This document shows positions 23,979 through 33,704 of a DNA stretch of 64,000 bases, one piece after another. The notes beneath the pieces were generated by a model that did no database searches, was not told the origin of the DNA, and was given only the letters and a program-made list of their open reading frames with translations. Origin of the DNA: Escherichia phage TH09; sequence record MT446387.1, one strand, 5' to 3'. Every line of letters begins with the position of its first letter. Within the stretch, counting starts at the first letter, position 1. A program made the translations under genes and the position numbers.

Positions 23979-24452
23979 ATGAAATCATATGCTCAATTTT
24001 TAAATGAAGCGGTGTTAAATGAAGCATCTAGCACCGAAATTCAAGCTGTCGCAAAAGCTGCCATTGCCGCGGGTAAATATTCCTATAAAGATGCTTCCGA
24101 TGAATCACGATTCCAATTTGCTCGTGATATGAAAGCCGAAGGATTTACAGGGAATGCAGTTAGTATGGCTTGGAAAAGTTTAGTTGCTACTGGAGCTGCT
24201 TTTGCAAAGGCTTCAGGTAAACCTGCTCCTAAAGCAGATCCTAAAGTCGCACAAGAGAAAAATATTGTTAAAGGAATTATCTCCAAATATGAAGCTATCC
24301 TTAAAGAGCTTTTAGTAATTAAAACTGAAGGCCAAAAGCTAGCTCGTGCTTATAGTTTCAAAGATAACCCACATGTTCACTCTCTTGAATATGTTGAAGA
24401 CATCCAAAAAATTATTAAAGACCGCATTTGGTCTGCTAAACAAATCAAATAA
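23979..24452 (+). CDS. internal-protein-like capsid-targeted protein
   Basis: 157 aa; N-terminus MKSYAQFLNE|A matches the CTS pattern MKTYxEFxxE|A; Ala/Lys-rich; AGGAAA SD; late promoter upstream. Confidence 0.7.
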   Translation: MKSYAQFLNEAVLNEASSTEIQAVAKAAIAAGKYSYKDASDESRFQFARDMKAEGFTGNAVSMAWKSLVATGAAFAKASGKPAPKADPKVAQEKNIVKGIISKYEAILKELLVIKTEGQKLARAYSFKDNPHVHSLEYVEDIQKIIKDRIWSAKQIK

Positions 24453-24461
24453 CATTCTTAG

Positions 24462-24487
24462 CCCTAGCCGAAAGGTTGGGGCTTTTT
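24462..24487 (+). terminator. rho-independent terminator (variant copy of 23903)
   Basis: CCCTAGCC-GAAA-GGTTGGGG followed by CTTTTT. Confidence 0.75.
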
Positions 24488-24570
24488 AGTTTGAATCGCT
24501 CGGAGAATGCTGTTACATATAACAACGTGATAAATAATTAATAACCAATAAATTATTTCAAGGATTTTAA

Positions 24571-25134
24571 ATGAAAACCTACGCCGAATTTTTAACCGAA
24601 GCAGCAAAATTACCATCTGAAGCAGATCTTACTAAAGTATTCTTCCACTTGGACCCAAAAGACCGTGGCGATTTTCTTAAGTGGAAAGCTAAAGCTATTG
24701 AAATGTACAACATCGATAATAGTTCTTTTACAATGAGTCAAGAAAATAAATTCAATAAAGCATTTTTCAAAATTTCTAAGAAATTGGCATCTGGCGCTCA
24801 GGTTCCTAAATCTGCATTAGCTACTCCTGAACGCGCACCTGTTAAAATTTCTAAGAATATGTTCGACACTAAAAAATACGTTAATGCTTTGAATAAAGCT
24901 CTTGATGCATTGGATGATGCAAAGAAGGCAGCCCGTGATCTTCAAGACGTGTACACCGATTTTGATCGTAAAACTAAAGGTTCTATTTCAAATAGCGAAC
25001 GCAATAGTGTAAGTGTTTATTCTGATAGCCTTGACGTTCTTGGCGATGCGTATACTGAAATTAAAAATCGTATTAACACTGCATCTAAGCTAAAAGCTGC
25101 CGCAGAAGCTATAATAACTAAACTAGATAAATAA
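24571..25134 (+). CDS. internal-protein-like capsid-targeted protein
   Basis: 187 aa; N-terminus MKTYAEFLTE|AAK; basic Lys/Ala-rich; size close to T4 IPIII (about 194 aa, memory). Confidence 0.7.
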   Translation: MKTYAEFLTEAAKLPSEADLTKVFFHLDPKDRGDFLKWKAKAIEMYNIDNSSFTMSQENKFNKAFFKISKKLASGAQVPKSALATPERAPVKISKNMFDTKKYVNALNKALDALDDAKKAARDLQDVYTDFDRKTKGSISNSERNSVSVYSDSLDVLGDAYTEIKNRINTASKLKAAAEAIITKLDK

Positions 25135-25142
25135 TTTTAAAT

Positions 25143-25173
25143 CCCTATCTAAATGATAGGGCTTTTTGGCATC
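25143..25173 (+). terminator. rho-independent terminator
   Basis: CCCTATC-taaat-GATAGGG followed by CTTTTT. Confidence 0.7.
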
Positions 25174-25300
25174 TAGGCCTTTCTGGATCTCTCTAGGCAT
25201 CATTTAGTTTCTACCCTTTATAATATATTATCCTATCCTTTAATTGCCCCTTCCATCCCTAGAATTCCCTAAAACTTTTTAAAAAATTTTTCACAAAACT

Positions 25301-25330
25301 GTTTACATCCCTGTTCTTCCATGGTACTAT
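25301..25330 (+). promoter_or_regulatory. T4-type early promoter
   Basis: tttttcacaaaact-GTTTAC (25301-25306), 18-nt spacer, TGG-TACTAT (25325-25330) within conserved GGTACTATACAACTATC. Confidence 0.55.
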
Positions 25331-25373
25331 ACAACTATCAACTACTGATACAGAAAACAACTTGGAGAATGAA

Positions 25374-25637
25374 ATGGATAATTACGGCGAACTGTTCAAC
25401 TTCTTTATGAAATGCGTTTCAGAAGATTTCGGTCGTACAGTGAATGATATTAAAGTTATCGGTCCTGATCATCCGATGTTTGAAACTTACGCAGTAATGG
25501 GTAATGAAGACGGTCAGTGGTATACTGTAAAGGTTGTGATTAACATGTTCACAGCAGAAGGTTATGTTAAACTGTCTTCTAAAGTTTACCATGATAACGA
25601 CGAAATCGCAGAAGAATATTTCAATAATATGAAATAA
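25374..25637 (+). CDS. hypothetical protein
   Basis: ATG at 25374 (MDNYGELFNFF...) 8 nt after GGAG; track ORF starts at TTG 25362; about 87 aa. Confidence 0.55.
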   Translation: MDNYGELFNFFMKCVSEDFGRTVNDIKVIGPDHPMFETYAVMGNEDGQWYTVKVVINMFTAEGYVKLSSKVYHDNDEIAEEYFNNMK

Positions 25638-25692
25638 GTTTACACAGGCTCATGATTGAGATATTATGAGCCTGTAACTTGAGGAGAACATT

Positions 25693-26031
25693 ATGAAACG
25701 TAACTTTAGTAAAGCTTTTTGTAATCGAAATTATTATCCCGAAGAGCTTTTTGAATCTAAGGACTTTAAAGAGTTTAATGAACGTTCTCAAAACATGCCT
25801 GTACAATGGGTGTTAGATTATGCCAATCGTATCTTTGAAGGTGTGCGGGATATTTGTCCTGATGATGAAGCTCCTTATTTTAAAAAGGCTTGGGAGCTCG
25901 CCAATCAAGCATATATCAATGCTTCAGAATCTTATAAAGGTACTGACGACGATTTTATTTTACTGGCTATTAACGATGCTATTATAGAGGCCATCGATGA
26001 CTTTATTACGCTGAATTCAGATGAAGAATAA
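25693..26031 (+). CDS. hypothetical acidic protein
   Basis: 112-aa ORF with GAGGAG SD. Confidence 0.6.
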   Translation: MKRNFSKAFCNRNYYPEELFESKDFKEFNERSQNMPVQWVLDYANRIFEGVRDICPDDEAPYFKKAWELANQAYINASESYKGTDDDFILLAINDAIIEAIDDFITLNSDEE

Positions 26032-26093
26032 GTATACAATCTATCTATTAGAAACGTGATATTATCTAATTATACCGACATGAGGAAACTGTT

Positions 26094-26624
26094 ATGTCTC
26101 TTTATACTGAACTGAATGAAACTTCCGAAAGATCTTTTGATGGTATTTTATCAATAATGCAAAAGCAGGTATTAGAACAGCTTAGTGAAGCCGCAAGCAA
26201 CGGACATAAGGCTTGTCGAATCCCAAGCCCACATCGTCGCCTGTATGAACGCCCTCTTATTAATTGGCTAGAAAGCGAAGGTCTTACGGTTAAGATTTGT
26301 CCTGCCAAATTTGATGTTCCACGTATTCTTAATATTTACTGGGATAAACCGATTGAGAAACCGATTGAGAAAAGTGACCCTTGGGTTGTTAATGTAAAAA
26401 CATGTGATAATGGATGCTCACTTGAGGTGTCTGCTGTAATTAAAGGCACTCACGGTGAAAAATCGTGGGGTTGGCCTGGTAAAAATAAAGAAATCGTGTT
26501 AAGTGTAAAAGCTACTAGTATTAGTACTCCTATAGCTAAAAGCATTATTAATGCTGCTATCGATGAAGCTGAACGAATTTGTAAAATTAAAAATAGTTTA
26601 CATCTCTCAAATAATGGGATATAA
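26094..26624 (+). CDS. hypothetical protein
   Basis: 176-aa ORF with GAGGAAA SD; contains 12-bp tandem duplication encoding PIEKPIEK. Confidence 0.6.
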   Translation: MSLYTELNETSERSFDGILSIMQKQVLEQLSEAASNGHKACRIPSPHRRLYERPLINWLESEGLTVKICPAKFDVPRILNIYWDKPIEKPIEKSDPWVVNVKTCDNGCSLEVSAVIKGTHGEKSWGWPGKNKEIVLSVKATSISTPIAKSIINAAIDEAERICKIKNSLHLSNNGI

Positions 26625-26667
26625 TTCTTCCACAGATTTTAAATCTTAATCAACCTAAGGAAATACT

Positions 26668-27261
26668 ATGAACACACTGAAGAAAATTGTTGAGTTTATT
26701 CGCACTAAACTTGGTTCTGCTATGGCTAAAAATTTATCTGTTGAAGAACAGTATACTGCTGCAGCAGCAAAACTACTTGATAAAATTAAAGATCTAAAAA
26801 CTGCTTCTATTAAATCTATTAATGAAGAAAAACGTATTCGTGAACTTGTTATCGAAAAGAATCGACAAGCCGAATCAAAAGAGCGTGAAATTCGTAAACT
26901 TCTTTCCGAAGGTCAAGATGTAACAATGCATGCTAAACTCGGTTTACTATATCGCCGAACAGCTGAGCAGTTGACTACTAAAGCTGACGGTTATGCTGAA
27001 ATGCGAATTGAAATCGCCAAGAAAGTAGTTGAGTTAGATGATGCCCGTCAAGAACTTGCAGTTAAATTGGAATATATCCGTGAAACTCGTGCGGCAAATG
27101 CCCTTGGAATTAGTACTGCCGATGATGTAGTTGAAATTGCAGCACTGACTAAGGTTGATATTGAAGATACCCTTGCTCGAGTTGAAACCTTTAATGGTAA
27201 TATTTCTGGGGTTGAAACTACCTCTGCCGATGTTCAGGAATACATTAATTCTCTGAAATAA
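26668..27261 (+). CDS. coiled-coil protein, possible PspA/IM30-like
   Basis: 197-aa largely helical ORF with charged heptad segments; C-terminal [10 protein letters not shown] resembles the PspA ARFESFERRI region (memory, weak). Confidence 0.5.
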   Translation: MNTLKKIVEFIRTKLGSAMAKNLSVEEQYTAAAAKLLDKIKDLKTASIKSINEEKRIRELVIEKNRQAESKEREIRKLLSEGQDVTMHAKLGLLYRRTAEQLTTKADGYAEMRIEIAKKVVELDDARQELAVKLEYIRETRAANALGISTADDVVEIAALTKVDIEDTLARVETFNGNISGVETTSADVQEYINSLK

Positions 27262-27267
27262 TGATAA

Positions 27268-27281
27268 GGGGCTTCGGCCCC
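27268..27281 (+). terminator. UUCG-tetraloop hairpin (possible terminator or RNA stability element)
   Basis: GGGGC-TTCG-GCCCC right after the ORF stop; no clean U-tract. Confidence 0.35.
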
Positions 27282-27302
27282 TATTACTTGGAGTAAATAG
27301 GA

Positions 27303-27908
27303 ATGAAAATGCAAAGTGATTTCAATTCAATGTTTGAAGAGTTCCAAAGACAAGTTGATGTTCCAGACCAATTACTAAATGCTCTTAAACGCATGGCAGA
27401 AGGACGTAATTACTATTGGAGCTCTTCATATGAAACTGATGAAAGTCTTTCTGGATTTTATAAAGGTAAAAAGTCTTTAATACGTCCTGGAATACTCATT
27501 AAAAGTATTGAATCAATTCATTCATTGACGTGTGATTTTGATGTTGAATTTACTGATTTCATTTCTCCTGAATGGACAGTTTGTTATTTAAACGACGATT
27601 ATGATTATCTTGGCGTTTATAGTTTAAGTGACGCATGGTTTAAACGTAATTTACAAAAGTCAAATTTGTTCTATATTGATACTACGGTAAAATTTCAGGG
27701 AAAGAAATATTTCTTTACTCTTATAGTTGACTCTGAAACAAAATATGAAAATAAGCGTATTCTTAGTAAAAAGAATATCTTAACTATCGTTGATGATCTT
27801 TTTGATAAATTCGTGGAAAATCCTAATTTTGAAAGCGATTTATTATTAGAAAAATTTGTTAAGGAATGTAGAGAATATGTCAAAGCCATCACTATACCTT
27901 CCAAGTAA
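27303..27908 (+). CDS. hypothetical soluble protein, first gene of junction-motif array
   Basis: 201-aa ORF; C-terminal ...EKFVKECREY overlaps the start of the next gene. Confidence 0.6.
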   Translation: MKMQSDFNSMFEEFQRQVDVPDQLLNALKRMAEGRNYYWSSSYETDESLSGFYKGKKSLIRPGILIKSIESIHSLTCDFDVEFTDFISPEWTVCYLNDDYDYLGVYSLSDAWFKRNLQKSNLFYIDTTVKFQGKKYFFTLIVDSETKYENKRILSKKNILTIVDDLFDKFVENPNFESDLLLEKFVKECREYVKAITIPSK

Positions 27909-28269
27909 ACCTGTGAAGTATGAACTAAAGCGTCAGCTAATTCCTACTGATGTATTAATAGGTCCTGTGACAGCTATATCATTTGTAATTCTATTGATTG
28001 TTGGAATGGTTATAGACTTTATGACTGATATTGAATCTGGCGTAATATTTTTGTTAGTATTAATTCTTCCATTAGTAGTTCCATTTTTATTGGTACCTGT
28101 AAATTGGGTAGGATATTGGTATCAAGGAAGGCATTATCGTAAACGTGTACGTGAATGGAAAGCTCAGTGTAAAAAGATTAAAAAGGAACACCAGCTTAAA
28201 CTAAATATGTATGAATTTAATGAAATTATGAAATTTGTTAAGGAATCACGATGCAAAAGCCAAAACTAA
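27877..28269 (+). CDS. small membrane protein (array member 2)
   Basis: ATG at 27877 (track starts at TTG 27856); about 130 aa, two predicted TM helices, C-terminal ...MKFVKESRCKSQN. Confidence 0.6.
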   Translation: MSKPSLYLPSKPVKYELKRQLIPTDVLIGPVTAISFVILLIVGMVIDFMTDIESGVIFLLVLILPLVVPFLLVPVNWVGYWYQGRHYRKRVREWKAQCKKIKKEHQLKLNMYEFNEIMKFVKESRCKSQN

Positions 28270-28625
28270 ATAAAGTCAAATATTCTTTTTCTGAGTCATT
28301 TTTAATTTTTGCTGTGGCGTTGGCTGCAGCTCTTGCTGGTAGTCTTATTGGATTAATGATTGACTGTATTATTTTAAACATCCGCAGTAACGTCAGCGGT
28401 ATAGTAGATATAATAGAAGTTTGGAGTGAACTTCATTATACTATAGCGATTTCATTATTTTCATTCTTTGGTATTATTTTATATTTTCATTATGATAATT
28501 TTAAAATAAATTGGCAAAGAAAAAAGGATTACAAAATACAATTAAAAGAATATAATAACTACATGTCTTATATTGAAAATGAATCAATGAAAGAATTCGT
28601 GAATGATTGTAGGAAAATCAAATGA
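28251..28625 (+). CDS. small membrane protein (array member 3)
   Basis: 124 aa, two predicted TM helices, C-terminal ...KEFVNDCRKIK; start overlaps previous gene. Confidence 0.6.
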   Translation: MQKPKLNKVKYSFSESFLIFAVALAAALAGSLIGLMIDCIILNIRSNVSGIVDIIEVWSELHYTIAISLFSFFGIILYFHYDNFKINWQRKKDYKIQLKEYNNYMSYIENESMKEFVNDCRKIK

Positions 28626-29106
28626 TTTTAAAAACTCGCTGGTATGATTTAGATGATGGGGACGATGGCATTTCAGTCGATAGAGTTGACTGGAGCGGCT
28701 GTTCTGAAGATACAAAGAAACGATTAATTAGGGAGTTTAGAATGGGATATCAAGCAGTTAAGCCATCTACTGTAACAGATGATAAATTCGTGTGTATTCA
28801 AAATGGTCGTGCTAAGTTAACGAACGCTGATTGGTTCACAGATAAGAAGGTTATTCTGTGGTATATTATTAGTTTTCCTGTGACATCATTTGTATTTTGC
28901 TTCTTTGGAGAAAGTCCAGTAGGCAGAACGGAAGATTGGATTCTTTTAATTATACTTGTTAATATTTTTACAGCAGCAGTACTATCAGGAATATGGTGCG
29001 TGTTCATTGAAATGCCATGGCGGTTACGTAGGCAGCAAAAGATTTTTGATGAAAAGAAATATACTCAAAATTTAAATAATTTTATCACTGAATGCAGGAA
29101 ATTAAA

Positions 29107-29110
<4 letters not shown>
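28622..29110 (+). CDS. membrane protein (array member 4)
   Basis: 162 aa, soluble N-domain plus two TM helices, C-terminal ...NNFITECRKLK whose codons form the SD for nudE. Confidence 0.6.
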
Positions 29111-30079
<969 letters not shown>

Positions 30080-30083
30080 AGTT

Positions 30084-30113
30084 GTTTACTTTCTCCTAGA
30101 ATTGTGATAGTAT
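30084..30113 (+). promoter_or_regulatory. T4-type early promoter upstream of denV
   Basis: GTTTAC (30084-30089), 18-nt spacer, TGA-TAGTAT (30108-30113). Confidence 0.5.
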
Positions 30114-30138
30114 ATTCACAGTTAATTGGAGGGATAAA

Positions 30139-30555
30139 ATGACTCGTATTAATTTGACTTTAGTATCTGAACTTGCTGATCAACATTTAATCGCAGAATA
30201 CCGTGAATTGCCGCGTGTTTTTGGTATAGTTCGTAAGCATGTGGCAAACGGTAAGCGCGTTAAAGATTTTAAAATATCTTCCGAGTTTATTTTAGGTTCT
30301 GGTCATGTTACGTTCTTTTACGATAAGTTAGAATTTTTGCGAAAGCGTCAATTAGACATTATAACGGAATGCTTAAAACGCGGGTTCAGTATAAAAGATA
30401 CTGAAGTTCCTGACATCAGCGATATTCCAGTAGAATGGAAAAATGATTATAATCCATGCAAATCAGCTATTAAATTGAGTCAACAACGACTTGATGAAAA
30501 AATTTTAATGAAACCACATTGGTATAAGTATTACGGTAAAAATATTTACATTTAA
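30139..30555 (+). CDS. denV: endonuclease V (pyrimidine dimer DNA glycosylase)
   Basis: 138 aa, [17 protein letters not shown]...WYKYYGK; size and sequence consistent with T4 endoV. Confidence 0.93.
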   Translation: MTRINLTLVSELADQHLIAEYRELPRVFGIVRKHVANGKRVKDFKISSEFILGSGHVTFFYDKLEFLRKRQLDIITECLKRGFSIKDTEVPDISDIPVEWKNDYNPCKSAIKLSQQRLDEKILMKPHWYKYYGKNIYI

Positions 30556-30564
30556 AGGAAACAT

Positions 30565-31038
30565 ATGAAAACATATCAAGAATTTATCACTGAAGCAGCT
30601 ATTAATTCTCAAATTATTGCTGAATCTTTTACTGATCTTTTGAAATTTAAAAAAGGTCAAAAAATCACTGCTGTATTGGATGATGGTACAGAAGTTGAGA
30701 TGGATGTACAGGGATATAATTATGCAGTAGATGGAAAATTGTATAATAAATCTCATGCTAAATTTGATTCATTTGACGACTTTGTTAATACAGTTGAAGA
30801 TGAAAAAACTCGTCGATCCATTGCAACTGGTGATGCTAAGGTTCTTATGGCACATGGTCATGAACGCATTCGCGCTAAACAGAATAAAATGGGCGAAGAT
30901 AATTTCGCATTAGTTGGTTATCAATCTGGTAAACAAACTTATGGTTATCAACGTACTGCTACCATGTATAATAAAAATGGTAAAATTGCCTTTGTGAATA
31001 GTAAAGGTTCTATTCAGTACGTTAAATCGTTCAAATAA
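30565..31038 (+). CDS. internal-protein-like capsid-targeted protein
   Basis: 157 aa; N-terminus MKTYQEFITE|AA is the canonical CTS decapeptide with LxE|A site; remainder unlike T4 IPII/IPIII as far as I can recall. Confidence 0.7.
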   Translation: MKTYQEFITEAAINSQIIAESFTDLLKFKKGQKITAVLDDGTEVEMDVQGYNYAVDGKLYNKSHAKFDSFDDFVNTVEDEKTRRSIATGDAKVLMAHGHERIRAKQNKMGEDNFALVGYQSGKQTYGYQRTATMYNKNGKIAFVNSKGSIQYVKSFK

Positions 31039-31179
31039 TATGGGAACAAGCTGGACCTCATGATTCTGTGAGGGATTCCCGCCAACCTGTGATAAGGTCG
31101 AGCCTGAGTGCGGTAATGGGTAAATACAGAAATGGACAATTCATGCGCCACGGAATGGCCCAAATTTAGAGAGAATAAA

Positions 31180-31722
31180 ATGAGAACATTTTTAACTGGT
31201 CCTTATCTATCCCTGATGAATGCTTTTATACACCATTCTGATGCTAGAGTAGAAGAAATTTGTAATAGTGGATTTTATGTACCTGATTCGTCGCATTTAT
31301 TTAAAGAATATTGTACACTTCGACTAGATGGTGGACGTCAATCCGGTAAATCAATTGCTGTGACTAACTTTGCTGCTAATTGGCTGTATGATGGCGGAAC
31401 AGTTATTGTTCTTTCTAATACTTCAGCTTACGCTAAAATTTCTGCAAATAACATTAAAAAGGAATTTTCGCGTTATTCTAATGATGATATACGTTTTCGT
31501 TTATTTACTGATTCTGTGCGCAGTTTTATTGGTAATAAAGGAAGTAAGTTCAGAGGTTTATCGCTTTCGCGAATTTTGTATATAATTGATGAGCCTGTCA
31601 AATCTCCTGATATGGATAAGATTTATAGCGTCCATATTGACACTGTACACTACTGCTGTAATAGTAAATGTTGCATTGGTGGTATTACTCGTCCACAGTT
31701 TTTCGTAATCGGAATGCAATGA
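31180..31722 (+). CDS. small P-loop NTPase
   Basis: ATG at 31180 with GAGAGA SD (track starts at 31132); Walker A DGGRQSGKS and Walker B-like ILYIIDEP; Cys-rich C-terminus. Confidence 0.55.
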   Translation: MRTFLTGPYLSLMNAFIHHSDARVEEICNSGFYVPDSSHLFKEYCTLRLDGGRQSGKSIAVTNFAANWLYDGGTVIVLSNTSAYAKISANNIKKEFSRYSNDDIRFRLFTDSVRSFIGNKGSKFRGLSLSRILYIIDEPVKSPDMDKIYSVHIDTVHYCCNSKCCIGGITRPQFFVIGMQ

Positions 31723-32048
31723 TGACAGACACACAGCTTTTCGAATATCTCTATTTTTCGCCAAAAACTATTAAAAATAAATTGGTAAATCATTTTGAAA
31801 TTTTGGCAAATAATAACATTTTAAGCGAATTTTATCCCAAGCAATACAAATTACAAAAAGGCGTATTCAAAGGATGCAGAGTTTTGTGCACTGCTCCTAA
31901 TGCACGGCTAATGAATAAAATTCCATATTTTACCATGGAATTTATTGATGGGCCTTTTAAAGGACTAATCACCCAAAGTTTAATGGCATATGATTCTGAG
32001 CCATTTTTAATTAAAGAACAATCTTGGATAAATTTATTTTCTAATTGA
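31719..32048 (+). CDS. hypothetical protein
   Basis: ATGATGA overlap with upstream stop; [10 protein letters not shown]...; about 109 aa. Confidence 0.55.
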   Translation: MMTDTQLFEYLYFSPKTIKNKLVNHFEILANNNILSEFYPKQYKLQKGVFKGCRVLCTAPNARLMNKIPYFTMEFIDGPFKGLITQSLMAYDSEPFLIKEQSWINLFSN

Positions 32049-32055
32049 GGTTTAT

Positions 32056-32418
32056 ATGAAAGCATATCAAATTCTTGAAGGCACACATAAAGGTACTATT
32101 TATTTTGAAGATGGTATTCAAGCACGAATTATTGTCTCTAAAACCTTTAAAGAGGACTCTTTTGTAGACCCAGAAATTTTCTACGGTTTGCATGCCCGTG
32201 AAATTGAAATTGAGCCACAGCCTACAGTTAAAATTGAAGGTGGTCAACACCTGAACGTTAACGTTCTGCGTCGTGAAACTCTGGAAGATGCAGTTAAGCA
32301 TCCGGAAAAATATCCGCAGCTGACCATCCGTGTATCAGGTTATGCAGTTCGCTTTAATTCTCTGACTCCGGAACAGCAGCGCGACGTTATTGCTCGTACC
32401 TTTACTGAGAGCTTATAA
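32056..32418 (+). CDS. autonomous glycyl radical cofactor (GrcA/YfiD-like)
   Basis: 120 aa; C-terminal half [60 protein letters not shown] carries the glycyl-radical motif RVSGY and closely matches E. coli GrcA (memory). Confidence 0.85.
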   Translation: MKAYQILEGTHKGTIYFEDGIQARIIVSKTFKEDSFVDPEIFYGLHAREIEIEPQPTVKIEGGQHLNVNVLRRETLEDAVKHPEKYPQLTIRVSGYAVRFNSLTPEQQRDVIARTFTESL

Positions 32419-32639
32419 TGGCAAAGATAATTATTGAAGGTTCTAAAGATGTGCTAAATGCTTTCGCCGAGTGGTTTAGTAATTCAGGCGAACAGCAATT
32501 TAACGAAGCGTGGAATATGGGTGATATTGATGGAATTTATCCTACGACAGAAATTTCTGTTCAGGGATATGGCATTCATGAACCTATTCGTTTAGTTGAA
32601 TATGATTTATGTACTGGTGAGGAAGTCAAATATGATTGA
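32418..32639 (+). CDS. hypothetical protein
   Basis: 73-aa ORF, translationally coupled (TAATG) to the GrcA-like gene. Confidence 0.55.
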   Translation: MAKIIIEGSKDVLNAFAEWFSNSGEQQFNEAWNMGDIDGIYPTTEISVQGYGIHEPIRLVEYDLCTGEEVKYD

Positions 32640-32898
32640 AGATATTAAAGGTTATAAGCCGCATACCGACGAAAAAATCGGTAAAGTAAATGCTATTAAA
32701 GACGCTGAAGTTCGTTTAGGACTTATCTTTGATGCTTTATACGATGAATTTTGGGAAGCATTTGATAGCTGTGAAGATGATGAACTCGCGAAGAATTACG
32801 CTGAAAGCCTCGATCAGTTAACTATTGCTAAAACGAAACTCAAAGAAGCCAGTATGTGGGCTTGTCGTGCAGTGTTCCAACCAGAGGAAAAATACTAA
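32632..32898 (+). CDS. hypothetical protein
   Basis: ATG at 32632 ([11 protein letters not shown]...) with GAGGAAG SD; about 88 aa. Confidence 0.55.
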   Translation: MIEDIKGYKPHTDEKIGKVNAIKDAEVRLGLIFDALYDEFWEAFDSCEDDELAKNYAESLDQLTIAKTKLKEASMWACRAVFQPEEKY

Positions 32899-33176
32899 TG
32901 GCTCAATTAAGTGCAGGGTTTGGTTATGAGTATTATACTGCACCTCGTCGTGTATCTGCCGCTCCTAAGAAAATTCAAAGTCTTGATGACTTCCAGGAAG
33001 TAGTCCGTAAAGCTTTTCAGGACTATGCACGTTATCTTAAAGAAGATTCACAGGACTGTCTCGAAGAAGATGAAATTGCTTACTATGAACAGCGTCTTGA
33101 ACAGCTTAAAAACTTGCATGAGGTTCGTGCAGAAGTTTCAAAGTCTATGAATAAATTGATTAGATTTAAAGAATAA
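32898..33176 (+). CDS. hypothetical protein
   Basis: ATG at 32898 ([13 protein letters not shown]...) with GAGGAAA SD; about 92 aa. Confidence 0.55.
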   Translation: MAQLSAGFGYEYYTAPRRVSAAPKKIQSLDDFQEVVRKAFQDYARYLKEDSQDCLEEDEIAYYEQRLEQLKNLHEVRAEVSKSMNKLIRFKE

Positions 33177-33178
33177 CT

Positions 33179-33208
33179 GTTTACTTTTCCTCTTGACTGT
33201 GGTATAAT
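33179..33208 (+). promoter_or_regulatory. T4-type early promoter upstream of regB
   Basis: GTTTAC (33179-33184), 18-nt spacer, TGG-TATAAT (33203-33208). Confidence 0.6.
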
Positions 33209-33235
33209 TTTTCTATCAGTTAAGAGGAGAATAAC

Positions 33236-33697
33236 ATGACTATCAATACAGAAGTTTTTATCCGTCGAAATAAGCTTCGTCGTCATTTTGAGTCGGAGTT
33301 TCGTCAAATTAACAATGAGATTCGTGAGGCATCAAAAGCAGCAGGGGTCTCATCGTTTCATCTAAAATATTCTCAGCATCTTCTTGATCGTGCAATTCAA
33401 CGGGAGATTGATGAGACATATGTTTTTGAATTATTCCATAAAATAAAAGACCATGTTTTAGAAGTTAATGAATTCCTGAGTATGCCTCCGCGTCCTGACA
33501 TTGACGAGGATTTTATTGATGGGGTTGAATATCGTCCTGGACGTTTAGAAATCACAGATGGAAATCTTTGGCTTGGATTTACGGTTTGTAAGCCTAATGA
33601 GAAGTTCAAAAACCCGTCACTTCAATGCAGGATGGCAATTATCAACAGTCGTCGTTTACCAGGAAAGGCTTCTAAAGCAGTAATTAAAACTCAATGA
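33236..33697 (+). CDS. regB: site-specific endoribonuclease RegB
   Basis: 153-aa basic ORF with GAGGAG SD; size and context match T4 RegB. Assigned from size/position and partial sequence memory. Confidence 0.7.
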   Translation: MTINTEVFIRRNKLRRHFESEFRQINNEIREASKAAGVSSFHLKYSQHLLDRAIQREIDETYVFELFHKIKDHVLEVNEFLSMPPRPDIDEDFIDGVEYRPGRLEITDGNLWLGFTVCKPNEKFKNPSLQCRMAIINSRRLPGKASKAVIKTQ

Positions 33698-33704
33698 GGT
33701 AAGC

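Noticed and set aside
26349-26372. 12-bp perfect tandem duplication (ccgattgagaaa x2) encoding PIEKPIEK in ORF 26094
   Set aside because: An in-frame micro-duplication, most likely replication slippage, with no further repeat structure.
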